From: a virus
Taxonomy: Duplodnaviria; Caudoviricetes
Reading direction: 5' to 3' (one strand)
IMG/VR virus record: IMGVR_UViG_3300028412_000003
DNA: 64,000 nucleotides
This document shows, one piece after another, positions 1 to 11,329 of this stretch; position 1 is the stretch's first letter; each line of letters begins with the position of its first letter. The translations under genes and the position numbers were made by a program. Below the pieces are notes generated by a model, which was given only the letters and a program-made list of their open reading frames with translations, was not told where the DNA came from and did not search any database.

Positions 1-2
1 GT

Positions 3-653
3 GCAATCGACAGCACATGGAAGGTAGAAAACAGATGGAAGTTATATCATGTTAGTCCATATGAAGAAACTATTGTTATGGATACTGATATGCTCGTGCT
101 ACAAGACCTTACAGCGTGGTGGAATTTTTTAAGCAGTTACAGCGTGTATTTTGTAAGCAACCCCTGTACATACCGCGCACAAACGGTTACAAGCATGTAT
201 TATCGTGGGGGCTTTGTTGCTAATGACCTCGCTAATTTGTACTCAGGATTTCATTATTTTAAAAAGTGTGATCAAGCTAAATTACTTTATAAATGGATAG
301 AGTTTATAACACAAAATTGGGAAAGATTTTATGGAGAATTTCATTCTGAAAAATATCCCAATAGAGTATCAATGGATGTAACCGCAGCAATAGCAGCTAA
401 GATACTTAATATTGAAAATGAAATAATAAATTCGTTAGCAAAATATCCAACTTTTACACATATGAAACCTCATTGTCAAGACTGGCAGTTTCCTAAAGAT
501 TCGTGGCGCAAAGTTGTTGATGTTCATTTAACTCCTGAACTTGATTTGTTTATAGGTAATTTTAGACAAAGTGGAATTTTTCATTACACAGAAAAAGAAT
601 TTGTAACAGATAAAATAATTAAAATTTATGAGGATTATTTGAATGAACTTTAA
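3..653 (+). CDS. Glycosyltransferase-like protein (GT-A fold, GT8/mannosyltransferase-like), 5' truncated by window edge
   Basis: Frame is open from base 3 (AIDSTWKVENRWKLYHVSPYEETIVMDTDML); the SPYEETIV.DTD segment carries a DxD motif; C-terminal FHY motif. Confidence 0.65.
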   Translation, partial: AIDSTWKVENRWKLYHVSPYEETIVMDTDMLVLQDLTAWWNFLSSYSVYFVSNPCTYRAQTVTSMYYRGGFVANDLANLYSGFHYFKKCDQAKLLYKWIEFITQNWERFYGEFHSEKYPNRVSMDVTAAIAAKILNIENEIINSLAKYPTFTHMKPHCQDWQFPKDSWRKVVDVHLTPELDLFIGNFRQSGIFHYTEKEFVTDKIIKIYEDYLNEL

Positions 654-1254
654 GATAGGGAAATATAAATTAGAACAACGAACAATAGAACCAACTAGTT
701 TCTATGTCTATTTTGATCCTGCAAAATTAAAAATTGAGAAGATAACAAATTTACCTGCGGAAAATTATGAAGAGATTTCTTTTTTTCTAACTACACATGA
801 TGTAGTTAAAAACTTTTTAGACGGAACAAGAAAAATCGAAGATGCTAAAATTTCTTTTAATCCAGAATTAAAAGAATTTGAGATTGTAAAACTCAATCAA
901 AAAGAATTAACAGTACACGATTATATATATGAATTACTTGAGTGTGAGGATGCAGACATTTCTCTCATACTTGATTATTCTAATACATGTTGGAAGATAT
1001 TGCTAAGTGAAAGATTTATGATATCGCTTTCTCTTAATAATGTTATAATCGATTCATTGTTGCAGTTTTCGGTAACAGAAAAAGGAAATCCTAATATACT
1101 TCATAAGATGATAAAAGTTCCTTTTGACCATTTGGGATCGAATAATTATTATATTATTCCGTTTGATTCTCAATTTGAACTTGACAAAACACCGGTTTCA
1201 ATTTACACTATGAAGAAGTTTAATTCGTATTCTTTTGAGGTAATAGATGAGTAA
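643..1254 (+). CDS. Hypothetical protein
   Basis: 203-aa ORF overlapping both neighbours in the coupled operon; no motif recognised. Confidence 0.6.
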   Translation: MNFKIGKYKLEQRTIEPTSFYVYFDPAKLKIEKITNLPAENYEEISFFLTTHDVVKNFLDGTRKIEDAKISFNPELKEFEIVKLNQKELTVHDYIYELLECEDADISLILDYSNTCWKILLSERFMISLSLNNVIIDSLLQFSVTEKGNPNILHKMIKVPFDHLGSNNYYIIPFDSQFELDKTPVSIYTMKKFNSYSFEVIDE

Positions 1255-2170
1255 AAAATTTCGAGTAATAGATTATGACATAATATATCTAAGTTATGAT
1301 GAACCAAATGCTGAAAAAAATTATAATGATTTGTGTCGTAAAGTGCCCTGGGCAAAAAGAGTACACGGAGTAAAAGGGTCTGATGCTGCTCACAAGGCTT
1401 GTGCAGAGTTATCAGAAACCGATCGGTTTATAACAGTAGACGGGGACAATATAATTCGAGCAGACTTTCTTAGCCAAGAGATAGATTTTGAAGAACATCG
1501 AGATTTAGAAAAGTCTGTTATATCTTGGTGCGGAAATAATGTAGTAAATGGATTAATGTATGGCAATGGTGGATTAAAATGTTGGTCAAAGCAATATGTA
1601 TTAGATATGAAGACACACGAAAATGCAGATCAGGATAATCCACATGCACAAGTTGATTTTTGTTGGGACGTAGAGTACATACAAATGAATTCATGTTATT
1701 CGGATGTGTATAATAATTCTACTCCCCATCAGGCATGGAGAGCAGGATTTCGTGAAGGTGTTAAGATGAGTTTAGATCGTGGCATTCGACCTACAAAAGA
1801 AGAATTCTTAAAGAATCACTGGAAGAATTTACATCGGCTTTATATATGGTTAATGGTAGGAAAAGATATAAAGAATGGTAACTGGGCAATAATGGGCGCA
1901 AGACACGGATTATATATGACAATGTGTACTGGTAACAATTGGGATTATATACAGGTAAGAGATTTTGAATATCTTAATGAGTTATGGGAACAAACAAAAA
2001 CAGAATACGAAGTTAATGAGTTTTCAGAAGAATTAGGAAAAATGATAATTAAAGAATTAGAAATTCCTATATCAGCAATTCCTCTAAATTCAGAACAGAG
2101 TTTGTTCTTTAAAGAAGTTTATCAAAATCCAGCTAGGTCGTCAACTCAGCAATTTATAGACAAGGAATAG
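1247..2170 (+). CDS. Glycosyltransferase-like protein (GT-A/GT2-like)
   Basis: LSYDEPNAE N-terminus, AHKACAELS, ITVDGDN (DxD), YGNGGLK; paralog of 8571-9596. Confidence 0.65.
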   Translation: MSKKFRVIDYDIIYLSYDEPNAEKNYNDLCRKVPWAKRVHGVKGSDAAHKACAELSETDRFITVDGDNIIRADFLSQEIDFEEHRDLEKSVISWCGNNVVNGLMYGNGGLKCWSKQYVLDMKTHENADQDNPHAQVDFCWDVEYIQMNSCYSDVYNNSTPHQAWRAGFREGVKMSLDRGIRPTKEEFLKNHWKNLHRLYIWLMVGKDIKNGNWAIMGARHGLYMTMCTGNNWDYIQVRDFEYLNELWEQTKTEYEVNEFSEELGKMIIKELEIPISAIPLNSEQSLFFKEVYQNPARSSTQQFIDKE

Positions 2171-2171
2171 T

Positions 2172-3461
2172 ATGGAATCAAAAACATTTTGCGCAATGCC
2201 TTTTATAGGTATTATGCTCAACACAGATACATTTATACGATTTTGTTGTATAGCTTCTGGTCCAGAAGCTATACTTAGAGACGAAAATGGAAAAAAGTTA
2301 GCAGTTGGAACATCTAGTATTGAGGAAGCCTGGAACAGCGAAAGCATGGTAGAAGTAAGGCGTGCAATGATAGAGGGTAAAAAGGTTACAGCTTGTAGTC
2401 ATTGTTATAAGCAAGAAGATATTGGCAAAACAAGTTTTCGTGAAATGATGACAAACGAATGGAAGCATCGTTTAGGCGAATCATTTTATGATTATGTGCA
2501 AGAAGCTGTCGAAAATGATATGAAGATTAAATTGCCTCCTGTATATTTAGATTTGCGACTAGGTAACCTTTGTAATTTAAAATGTCGTATGTGTAATCCA
2601 TTTAATAGTAGCCAAATTGCTAAAGAACATTTTCCTTTGTATGAACAAGATGAAGGATATAAATCCGTTTGGACTTCTGAATTTGGAAATAATCCAATAC
2701 ATTTAAAAGAAGAAGAAGTTGTTTTTGATAGTAATTTTTTATGGAATGAAATTATAGGAATGATACCTAAGCTTCAAAAAGTTTATATGACAGGTGGAGA
2801 ACCTACTCTTATTAAGAACAATTACAGATTTATGGAAGAGTGTGTTGCAGCAGGATATAACGATCAAATAGAATTATTCTTTAACATCAATTGCACTAAC
2901 GTAACTGATAAATTTCTTGACTTAGTTTCAAAATTTAAAAGTATAAAGATTAATTGCAGTATTGACGGTATAGGATCAGTAAATGATTATATTAGATCTC
3001 CTAGTAATTGGAACAAAGTTGATACTAATTTTAGAAAATTAGCATCCTTGTCTAATGTAAGACTTGGAATGAGTCCAGTAATTCAAGTCTATAATATCTT
3101 AGATTGTCATAACATACTTGAGTATGCTAATCAAGTATCAAAAGAATATAATAAATCTATTAGTGTTGATTTTTTGATAAATGATCATCCAACATATTTA
3201 GATGTAACTATTATACCTTTAGAAATACGAAAAAAAGGAATAGAAAACCTTTTAGCCTTTAAACAACAGAATAAAATTGAAGACCATATAACACAAAATA
3301 GTATAAATGGAATAGTAAATTTATTTGGAAGACCATTGAGAGATAATCACAAAGAGATTTATCAAAATTTTATAACTATGACAAAAGCATTAGACAAATC
3401 AAGGAAAGAAAATTTTACTAATTCTATACCAGATCTAGCAAAGGAGTTAAATTTTGAATAA
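2172..3461 (+). CDS. Radical SAM protein with N-terminal SPASM/twitch-like Cys domain
   Basis: CNLKCRMC, MTGGEP; N-terminal FCAMPF..CC..CSHC. Confidence 0.9.
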   Translation: MESKTFCAMPFIGIMLNTDTFIRFCCIASGPEAILRDENGKKLAVGTSSIEEAWNSESMVEVRRAMIEGKKVTACSHCYKQEDIGKTSFREMMTNEWKHRLGESFYDYVQEAVENDMKIKLPPVYLDLRLGNLCNLKCRMCNPFNSSQIAKEHFPLYEQDEGYKSVWTSEFGNNPIHLKEEEVVFDSNFLWNEIIGMIPKLQKVYMTGGEPTLIKNNYRFMEECVAAGYNDQIELFFNINCTNVTDKFLDLVSKFKSIKINCSIDGIGSVNDYIRSPSNWNKVDTNFRKLASLSNVRLGMSPVIQVYNILDCHNILEYANQVSKEYNKSISVDFLINDHPTYLDVTIIPLEIRKKGIENLLAFKQQNKIEDHITQNSINGIVNLFGRPLRDNHKEIYQNFITMTKALDKSRKENFTNSIPDLAKELNFE

Positions 3462-4707
3462 CTCAAAAACTTTTTGCGTTCTACCTTGGACACATATGGC
3501 AACATGGACAGATGGTAGCGCCTTACTTTGTTGTGTAGCAAAGAATAGTCATAAGTTAAATCTTAATGATAACACTGTTTCTGAAATCTGGAATAGTGAT
3601 CATTTTAAAGAAGCCCGTGTTAAGATGTTAAACGGAGAAAAAGTTTCAGCATGTGAATCTTGTTACAAGGAAGAAGCAGTTGGAATTAGAAGCCATCGTA
3701 TAAATGAAAATAATCTATGGATTAAAAAATTAGGGCAAGAAAAGATTGATAGTCTAATTGAAGCAACCGACGTTGACGGAACGTTAAATGAAGATTTAGT
3801 TACGTTAGATTTTAGATTAGGTAATACCTGTAATTTACAATGTGTGATGTGCCGTCCTCAAGATAGCAGTATGTGGTTAAACAATGCTAAAAAACTAAAG
3901 GATATACTTGAAACTGAAGCTAAATGGGATTGGCAACACAAAGCAGACATTGATACAACAAGATTTGATTGGTATAAAAATGAAAAATTATGGGCTGATT
4001 TTAACGGTATGTTTTCTAATATACGCCACATTATATTTGCCGGCGGAGAACCATTATTAATTAAAGAACATCTTCGATTAATAAAAAAATTAGTTGAATC
4101 AGGGCATAGTAAAAATATTGAATTACGTTATCACACAAATGGAACTACATTAACTGAAGAAATAATAGATCTTTGGAAAGAATTTAAGTTTGTTGAATTG
4201 ATGGTAAGTATTGATGCATGGGGAAAACATCATGATTATGTTAGATATCCGGCAGACTGGCAGCAAATAATAACTAATCTAAATAGATTAGATAATACAC
4301 CAGATAATATCGATGTTAAGATTTTAGCAACCATACATGCTATGAATATATATTATATTCCGGATTTTGCAACTGAGTTACTTAAACAGGATTTTAAGAA
4401 GATAGGAAAGTTGCATCATGAAGGGTTGTTTCACGCAGGAACCGTACACTGGCCTCGTTATCTTAATATACAAATCTTCCCACAGTGTATTAAACATAAA
4501 ATAAGAGAAAAATGGGAAAGTTATATCGAGTTAAATAAAAATTACCAATGGACTAGTAAAATTAAAAGTCAATTAGAATTTATGGATTCTGAAGATCATT
4601 CAGATTTGTTCCTTCAATATATTGATTATATTGACAAACTTGACAAAATAAGGCATACAGATTTTAGTAAAGTTTTTCCAGAATTTAAGGATATATTAGA
4701 TGGATGA
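3454..4707 (+). CDS. Radical SAM protein with N-terminal SPASM/twitch-like domain
   Basis: CNLQCVMC, FAGGEP; FCVLPW..CC..CESC. Confidence 0.9.
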   Translation: MNNSKTFCVLPWTHMATWTDGSALLCCVAKNSHKLNLNDNTVSEIWNSDHFKEARVKMLNGEKVSACESCYKEEAVGIRSHRINENNLWIKKLGQEKIDSLIEATDVDGTLNEDLVTLDFRLGNTCNLQCVMCRPQDSSMWLNNAKKLKDILETEAKWDWQHKADIDTTRFDWYKNEKLWADFNGMFSNIRHIIFAGGEPLLIKEHLRLIKKLVESGHSKNIELRYHTNGTTLTEEIIDLWKEFKFVELMVSIDAWGKHHDYVRYPADWQQIITNLNRLDNTPDNIDVKILATIHAMNIYYIPDFATELLKQDFKKIGKLHHEGLFHAGTVHWPRYLNIQIFPQCIKHKIREKWESYIELNKNYQWTSKIKSQLEFMDSEDHSDLFLQYIDYIDKLDKIRHTDFSKVFPEFKDILDG

Positions 4708-6067
4708 ATTAGATAAGTTAAGAAGAGATATATTAGAGAGTGAAACATTCTGTTTTTATCCGTTTCTTGAAGTAAGCACAAGACCAAATGGAGTAGTTTT
4801 TCCATGTTGTTATTGGAATGAAAATGATCATTTATCTTTAGAAAAAAGATTAGATGATAAAAATTCTCTTGATACATTCTGGAACAACAAAAAAGTAATT
4901 GATACTAGAAATAAAATATCAAACGGAACTAAAGTTAAGGGTTGTAAAATATGTTATAGAGATGGTGCATCTAGCATGAGGGCTAGAAGTATAAAGGAGC
5001 ATATAAATGATAGAGATAAATTACAGATAGTAAAAGATACTTTAAACAATGAAGGTGTAGCAAAACATTCACCAAAAAAGATAGAACTTAAACCAAGCAA
5101 TCTTTGTAATTTGAAATGTCTAATTTGCAATGCTTATGATTCTTCTCAGATTGAAAAAGAGTTGTCAGACTTAGATGAAAAGTTTAATGGAATTAAAACA
5201 ATAGGTGGAACATTCTCAAGAATAGTAGGAAATCAGTCTGGTGTGTGGGAAGGTAATGTAGGACAATATGTTTTGAATGCTAATTCTAAATCTAAATGGG
5301 CAGAGTCAGATCGATTCTGGGAAGAATTAAAGATATTGCTACCAAAGATAGAAGTTTTAAGTTTTGCAGGAGGCGAACCAACTCTTAATCCTATAGTCAA
5401 TAAAATACTAACCTATTGTGTTGAAACAAAAATATCTAAAAATATCACCGTTTTTATCAGTAGTAATTTTACCAATCTTAATCCTAAATTTCTTTCAAAT
5501 ATGAATAACTTTAAAAAGTTTGAATTAATTGCTAGTATAGATGGTACAGAAAAGGTACAAGAATATACACGGTTTCCTTCTAATTGGAATAAAATAAAAG
5601 AAAACTTTGAAGAAGCTAAGACCTATATGCAAGGCACGGAAATTAAGATATTAACGAATATAACGGTAAGCATAATGAATATATTTCAATTACATGATTT
5701 GTTTTGGTATATTGATGAACAAAGTAGTAAACATCCTTATTACAACGAATGGCCATTTAATATTAATTTAATTAATTTTCCGGAACAGCAACGCATATCG
5801 ATTATACCTCCGGAATTTAGACAAGAGATAATTGATAATCTTAATCATTATCTTGAAAATGGAGATATCATTAAATTCTTTCCTGATTTAAAGATTAAAA
5901 TTGAAATGTTAATACATGAATTAAATAATGAATGGGACAAAGAAGATTCCGTTTTCCAATTAACTAAATTAAAAACTATGTTGGTTACTTTAGATGAGCA
6001 TAGAAAAGTGTCCTATAAGGATGCAATACCAAAACTAGATGAAATATTTAAGGAATACGTAAAATGA
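4700..6067 (+). CDS. Radical SAM protein with N-terminal SPASM/twitch-like domain
   Basis: CNLKCLIC, FAGGEP; FCFYPF..CC..CKIC. Confidence 0.9.
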   Translation: MDELDKLRRDILESETFCFYPFLEVSTRPNGVVFPCCYWNENDHLSLEKRLDDKNSLDTFWNNKKVIDTRNKISNGTKVKGCKICYRDGASSMRARSIKEHINDRDKLQIVKDTLNNEGVAKHSPKKIELKPSNLCNLKCLICNAYDSSQIEKELSDLDEKFNGIKTIGGTFSRIVGNQSGVWEGNVGQYVLNANSKSKWAESDRFWEELKILLPKIEVLSFAGGEPTLNPIVNKILTYCVETKISKNITVFISSNFTNLNPKFLSNMNNFKKFELIASIDGTEKVQEYTRFPSNWNKIKENFEEAKTYMQGTEIKILTNITVSIMNIFQLHDLFWYIDEQSSKHPYYNEWPFNINLINFPEQQRISIIPPEFRQEIIDNLNHYLENGDIIKFFPDLKIKIEMLIHELNNEWDKEDSVFQLTKLKTMLVTLDEHRKVSYKDAIPKLDEIFKEYVK

Positions 6068-7047
6068 AAAAACCAGTAACATTAAGTGGAATTGAATATA
6101 CAAAGATTGAGAATAGATCAAATAGTTTGTATCTTACATGGGTGATGAATAATATCTGTACTAATAGTTGTTCTTATTGTCCTGAAGATTTACACACTGG
6201 AAAAAATCATCATTATGAATGGAATCATGCTAAAAAGTTTCTGAAAGATTGCTTCGATCGTTATGGTAAAGTGCAATGTAGCATCTCCGGCGGCGAACCA
6301 ACAGTTAGTCCTTTTTTTAAAGAAATAGTAGATCTTATATACGACAATGGTGGATTGGTAGTATTAACTACCAATTTTGCAAGGTCTGTTTCGTGGTGGA
6401 AAGATGTGGCCCCAAAGATCAGTAGTTTATCATGTAGCTATCATCCAGAGTTTATGCCCACAAAAGAATTTGACGACAGTCTAATTGAGAAAATAACAGA
6501 AGCAGCGAAGGTAACTTGTGTTACGGTTCGAGTGATGATGCATCCAGATTATTGGGATCAATGTATGAATTTTTTTAAACGTATACAAGATTCCGGTATA
6601 GAATGTTCTGCAGAAATTGTCCGTATATTGGACAATTTTGGAATAGGAGAGGCTTTTTGTGTTATTAATTACACCGAAGAACAAGAACGCATCTTACGTG
6701 AAGTAAAACCCTACATAAATTGGCCAAATAACCTTCCGGATACATATCGACATAATGTACTGAATTCTTATTTGATTTCAGAAACTAACGAAATAATGTT
6801 AGATTTCCCGATAGCGTCGGAAATATCTAATACTATGAATAATGACTTTAATGGTTGGAATTGTAAAATTGGACTGGAAAGTCTATTTGTGCATTATGAT
6901 GGAAATGTGCAAAGGGGCAACTGTGGAGTAGGAGGTCATCTTGGCAATATTACCACCAAAATAAACTGGCCGACTGAAAGTATTATCTGTAATAAAACAG
7001 TTTGTCATTGTTTAGCAGACGTATTGATGTCAAAGGAGATAACATGA
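6064..7047 (+). CDS. Radical SAM protein with C-terminal Cys-rich (SPASM/twitch-like) domain
   Basis: CTNSCSYC, ISGGEP; C-terminal WNCKIG..GNC..CNKTVCHC. Confidence 0.9.
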   Translation: MKKPVTLSGIEYTKIENRSNSLYLTWVMNNICTNSCSYCPEDLHTGKNHHYEWNHAKKFLKDCFDRYGKVQCSISGGEPTVSPFFKEIVDLIYDNGGLVVLTTNFARSVSWWKDVAPKISSLSCSYHPEFMPTKEFDDSLIEKITEAAKVTCVTVRVMMHPDYWDQCMNFFKRIQDSGIECSAEIVRILDNFGIGEAFCVINYTEEQERILREVKPYINWPNNLPDTYRHNVLNSYLISETNEIMLDFPIASEISNTMNNDFNGWNCKIGLESLFVHYDGNVQRGNCGVGGHLGNITTKINWPTESIICNKTVCHCLADVLMSKEIT

Positions 7048-7805
7048 CAAAAATATTATTAGTTGCTGGATGTAGTCATTCTAATGGCTCCGAAATAACA
7101 GCACCGGGATCTCATAGAGATCCTAATGATTTAGAAAGATGTTTTGGAAATAAAATTGCACAACGGAATAACATGACAATGGTAAACATTGCATATGCCG
7201 GAGCATCAAATAAATTAATTGAATCTAGTATAGTAAAGAATCTCAATAAGCTAATATCAGAAGGACATAAATCAGAAGATATCATAGTGTTAATTGGATG
7301 GACTAGTCATCCGAGAGAATATGTGGTAGAGAACGGAAAGTATTACGGATTTACTCTTAATCAACATAACATGTCATCGTGGAAAAGATTTGCAACTTTA
7401 AATCTTAGGAAGTTTTATAAAGTATGGTTGAGGTTTGTAAATTATGAATTATTGTCGATTGAACATGTTATTCGACATTTAACAATAACCGGATACCTTA
7501 AGAATAAAGGTATAAAATATTATGCTTTTAACGCAGTTGACAGAATAGTTCCGCCGGCAAACGAATTTGATCCTATTAATTTTTTTAATAATTACAAAAT
7601 AGACGAAGTAGGATATAACGAAATAGAAAAAGATATTTATTATAGAAAACCTTTTTCTTATAATGATTCTTATTTCCAAACTTTAATGCTTGATTATAAA
7701 TTAGATCCAACGGATAATAACCGTTGGTATCATTATGCGGAAAATGGTCATGAGATATGGGCAACCATATTAGAAAAAGAAATGAAGTTACTTGGATTAT
7801 TATGA
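7044..7805 (+). CDS. SGNH/GDSL hydrolase-like protein
   Basis: LVAGCSHSNG nucleophile-like block, NIAYAGASN block, C-terminal HY..NGH; start moved to the ATG at 7044 (GGAG RBS, ATGA overlap). Confidence 0.55.
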   Translation: MTKILLVAGCSHSNGSEITAPGSHRDPNDLERCFGNKIAQRNNMTMVNIAYAGASNKLIESSIVKNLNKLISEGHKSEDIIVLIGWTSHPREYVVENGKYYGFTLNQHNMSSWKRFATLNLRKFYKVWLRFVNYELLSIEHVIRHLTITGYLKNKGIKYYAFNAVDRIVPPANEFDPINFFNNYKIDEVGYNEIEKDIYYRKPFSYNDSYFQTLMLDYKLDPTDNNRWYHYAENGHEIWATILEKEMKLLGLL

Positions 7806-8578
7806 TGAAAATAAAATCATCTTTTTCTAATATAAAATTAAATGATTTAAAAGATCTAACAACACCGGGTCTAAAAAATACTAGACCTGTATTTCTAGGA
7901 AGGTGGGAAGAACATGCAACTACTATTGATAAAAAATGGACTTATTATATAAATGAAATAGGATTTAGAAATTCTTGGCCGGAAAAAATGAAAGATCATA
8001 TTGTTGGAATATATGGATGTAGTAATATCTTTGGTGTTGGAGTTCCAGACGACCTTGTTTGTACTTCTCTATTACAAGAGAAATTTCCCGAAAAAACATT
8101 ATTAAACTTTGGAGTAATGGGCGCTTCTGTCTCGCATATAGCTAGGATATTTCTTATATCTAGTCAACTATTTAAAATTAAAACGGCATTTTTTAGTCTT
8201 CCTAGTATATATAGGATTCTAATGGTAAATGAAGCTGGATATTATAATCTACATCCGGGAACTAATTCCTTAAACAAAGATGGATTAGAAAAAAGAAGAA
8301 AACAATACTATCAATCGATAAACGAAGAAACCTTATTAATGAATTATTTAGACATAGTGGATCATATTATATTAATTGGAAAAGAATTTGGAATTAGGAT
8401 ATATTTTAGTTCATACGAAGAAATAGTACACAAAATATTAATAGAAAATTATAATGACAGTTATATAACAAAACCGATGTATAATAGTAGAAAGGCTACA
8501 GATAATAATCATCCTTGTTATCTTTGTCATAAGGATTATGCAACGATAATTGAAAAGAAATTATTAACTAATGTATGA
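7802..8578 (+). CDS. SGNH/GDSL hydrolase-like protein
   Basis: GIYGCSNIFGVGV, NFGVMGAS, DNNHP (DxxH); start moved to 7802. Confidence 0.6.
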   Translation: MMKIKSSFSNIKLNDLKDLTTPGLKNTRPVFLGRWEEHATTIDKKWTYYINEIGFRNSWPEKMKDHIVGIYGCSNIFGVGVPDDLVCTSLLQEKFPEKTLLNFGVMGASVSHIARIFLISSQLFKIKTAFFSLPSIYRILMVNEAGYYNLHPGTNSLNKDGLEKRRKQYYQSINEETLLMNYLDIVDHIILIGKEFGIRIYFSSYEEIVHKILIENYNDSYITKPMYNSRKATDNNHPCYLCHKDYATIIEKKLLTNV

Positions 8579-9596
8579 TATTGTATTCTTTGGAGAAAGA
8601 AATAATAATTGGGATATTCTTAAAGAAAGATTTCCAACGGCAAAAAATATAACTAATTTAGAAAATATCAACAAGATAACATTCACTAAAATGTATTGGT
8701 TAGTTTATGATGATCTAATTATAAACGAAGACTTTAATTTTGATTATAAAATAGAAGAATGGGATCAAAAATATGTTCATTCTTTTCTCAATAATGGAAA
8801 TTATAATGGAATATCTTTAATACCTAAAACGAAAAATATATCAAAACGAGAAGCAGAATATAGGTTTTTCGTAGACAAGAAAGAAATTCCAATTGAAGCA
8901 TCAACTCCAAATCCATATGATGTAGTTTTTATATCATACAATGAACCTAATGCTGATAAGAATTATAAGAAATTACTTGAGATCGTTCCTTGCGCAAAAA
9001 GAGTAAACGGGATAAACGGGATACACCAAGCTCATATAGAAGCAGCAAAAATATCAGATACTAAAATGTTATGGATTGTTGATGCTGATGCTATAGTTGT
9101 AAATGAATTTAATTTCTCTTATTTGCCATCCGTTTGGGAACAAGACGCCGTTCATGTCTGGAGGTCAAAAAATCCTATTAATGGATTATCTTACGGATAT
9201 GGTGGAATAAAACTTTTTCCGAGAGATCTTACTTTGTCACTTGATATTAACACACCAGATATGACTACTAGCATAAGTGATAGATTTAGAATACACGAAG
9301 ATATTTCTAATCTAACAGAATTTAATACTGATCCTTTTAACACTTGGAAATCAGCTTTTCGTGAATGTGTAAAATTGTCATCTCGAACAATAACAAGACA
9401 AAATGAAAAAGAAACACAAGACCGTTTACAAATCTGGATGACGGTTGGTGCTGATATGCAATATGGTATATATTGTATAGACGGAGCTCGTAGTGGAAAC
9501 GAGTACGGAATAAAAAACAAGGATGATAAAAAGGCCCTTGCAATGATTAACAATTTTGATTGGTTAAAAGAAAAATTTGATGAGCAATGTAATTAA
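8571..9596 (+). CDS. Glycosyltransferase-like protein (GT-A/GT2-like)
   Basis: ISYNEPNAD, AHIEAAK, WIVDADA (DxD), YGYGGIKL; paralog of 1247-2170 with an extra N-terminal region. Confidence 0.65.
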   Translation: MYDIVFFGERNNNWDILKERFPTAKNITNLENINKITFTKMYWLVYDDLIINEDFNFDYKIEEWDQKYVHSFLNNGNYNGISLIPKTKNISKREAEYRFFVDKKEIPIEASTPNPYDVVFISYNEPNADKNYKKLLEIVPCAKRVNGINGIHQAHIEAAKISDTKMLWIVDADAIVVNEFNFSYLPSVWEQDAVHVWRSKNPINGLSYGYGGIKLFPRDLTLSLDINTPDMTTSISDRFRIHEDISNLTEFNTDPFNTWKSAFRECVKLSSRTITRQNEKETQDRLQIWMTVGADMQYGIYCIDGARSGNEYGIKNKDDKKALAMINNFDWLKEKFDEQCN

Positions 9597-10257
9597 GATA
9601 TTAAATGGATTAGAAGAAATTTATCAAGACAATTTTATAATTCACCTAAAACGAACATTAGAAAAGAATCCAGAGGTAGAAGATGCAATGTCTGATGCAC
9701 TTAGCATTGGACAAATAAAAAGTAAAGAATGGTTGATTGATCATTTACCAAAAGAACTTGGAAAAGTTTTTATTTGTGCAGGTTGGTACGGAACTCTTGC
9801 AGCAATGATGTTCCGAGCTAACCTTAATATAACAGAGATAAGGACGTTTGATGTTGACCCAAGTTGTGCTGTCATAGCAGAAAATATGAATAGAACAGAA
9901 GTGCAACAAGAATGGAAGTTTAAAGCCAGTACATTAGACATATTAGATATGACATATCCAACAAAATATGTTACTTATAGGGCAAACGGAACTTCGGTAC
10001 TACTTGAAGAAATGCCAGACACTATTATCAATACTAGTTGTGAACATATTAAATATTTTCAAGAATGGTATGATCATATACCAACAGGAACAACATTAGT
10101 TCTTCAAAGTAACAATTACTTTGAACACAATCAACATATAAATTGTGTTCCTTGTTTAAAGGAATTTAAAAAGAGGGCACCTATGTCGGAGATATTTTAC
10201 GCAGGAGAATTATTTCTTCCAAAATATACTAGGTTTATGTTAATAGGAAAAAAGTAA
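9580..10257 (+). CDS. Class I SAM-dependent methyltransferase-like protein
   Basis: ICAGWYG motif I-like, FDVDP acidic motif II-like, IINTSCEH. Confidence 0.55.
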   Translation: MSNVIKILNGLEEIYQDNFIIHLKRTLEKNPEVEDAMSDALSIGQIKSKEWLIDHLPKELGKVFICAGWYGTLAAMMFRANLNITEIRTFDVDPSCAVIAENMNRTEVQQEWKFKASTLDILDMTYPTKYVTYRANGTSVLLEEMPDTIINTSCEHIKYFQEWYDHIPTGTTLVLQSNNYFEHNQHINCVPCLKEFKKRAPMSEIFYAGELFLPKYTRFMLIGKK

Positions 10258-11321
10258 TGTATCAAATACAAGACATACGAACTATTCATCTTGAAGTGAC
10301 ACAAAAATGCCAAGCAGCTTGTCCAATGTGTGATAGAAATATGCGCGGTGAAGGAATAAATCCTCACATTAATTTAGACGAACTAACACTTGAAGATTGT
10401 AAAAAGATATTTTTACCCGAATTTATTAAACAACTCAATACTATGTATATGTGTGGCAACTTAGGAGATCCAATCATAGCAAAGGATACCCTTGCAATAT
10501 TTTCGTATTTTCGAGATCATAATCCTACCATGTGGCTTAGTATGAATACAAACGGAGGCGCAAGAGATGTTCGGTGGTGGCAAGAGCTTGCTGACACAAT
10601 AGGTAAAAATGGTGCAGTTATATTTTCAGTCGATGGACTAAGAGACACTAACCATTTATATCGTCAGGGTGTAAATTGGGATTTAGTACAACGAAATATG
10701 AATGCTTATATAAATCATGGTGGCCGAGCAAGGTGGGATTTTTTAGTTTTTGAATATAATCAACATCAAGTAGAAGAAGCAAGACAGCTCTCGTTACGGT
10801 GGGGAGTAGAAAGGTTTATTGCAAAAAAGACTGCCCGATTTGTTAAATCAAATTCGGAAGCTAAAGAAGAACACCAAGCTAAAGATCACAAAGGTAATGA
10901 TACCACAAATATTAAGAAACCAGAACCTCAATACCAAAATGAAGAATTAAAGAAACAAGCATTGCTAATTGAACAATATGGATCAATGGATGCGTATTAT
11001 GAGCAGGTCCCTATAAAATGTAAGGTAAAAGACGAAGGAAGTTTGTTTATAACAGCCGAGGGATTAGTTATGCCATGTTGTTGGACTGCAGGTCGAATGT
11101 ACAAATGGTGGCATAAAGATCCTAAAGTAGAACAAATTTGGGCATTTATTGAGATGTCCGGAGGAAAAGAAGCATTAGATGCACGACAAGGGTTAGATAA
11201 AGTATTTCAAACTGGAATATTTGATCGAATTGAAAATGCTTGGAATAAGAATGATCGATTAAAAGTTTGTGCTATGAAATGTGGGATCGCCTTTGATCCC
11301 TTTACTGCTCAATTTCAATAA
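10257..11321 (+). CDS. Radical SAM protein with C-terminal Cys-rich domain
   Basis: CQAACPMC, CGNLGDP, FSVDGL; C-terminal IKC..MPCC..CAMKC. Confidence 0.88.
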   Translation: MYQIQDIRTIHLEVTQKCQAACPMCDRNMRGEGINPHINLDELTLEDCKKIFLPEFIKQLNTMYMCGNLGDPIIAKDTLAIFSYFRDHNPTMWLSMNTNGGARDVRWWQELADTIGKNGAVIFSVDGLRDTNHLYRQGVNWDLVQRNMNAYINHGGRARWDFLVFEYNQHQVEEARQLSLRWGVERFIAKKTARFVKSNSEAKEEHQAKDHKGNDTTNIKKPEPQYQNEELKKQALLIEQYGSMDAYYEQVPIKCKVKDEGSLFITAEGLVMPCCWTAGRMYKWWHKDPKVEQIWAFIEMSGGKEALDARQGLDKVFQTGIFDRIENAWNKNDRLKVCAMKCGIAFDPFTAQFQ

Positions 11322-11329
11322 GTATTAAT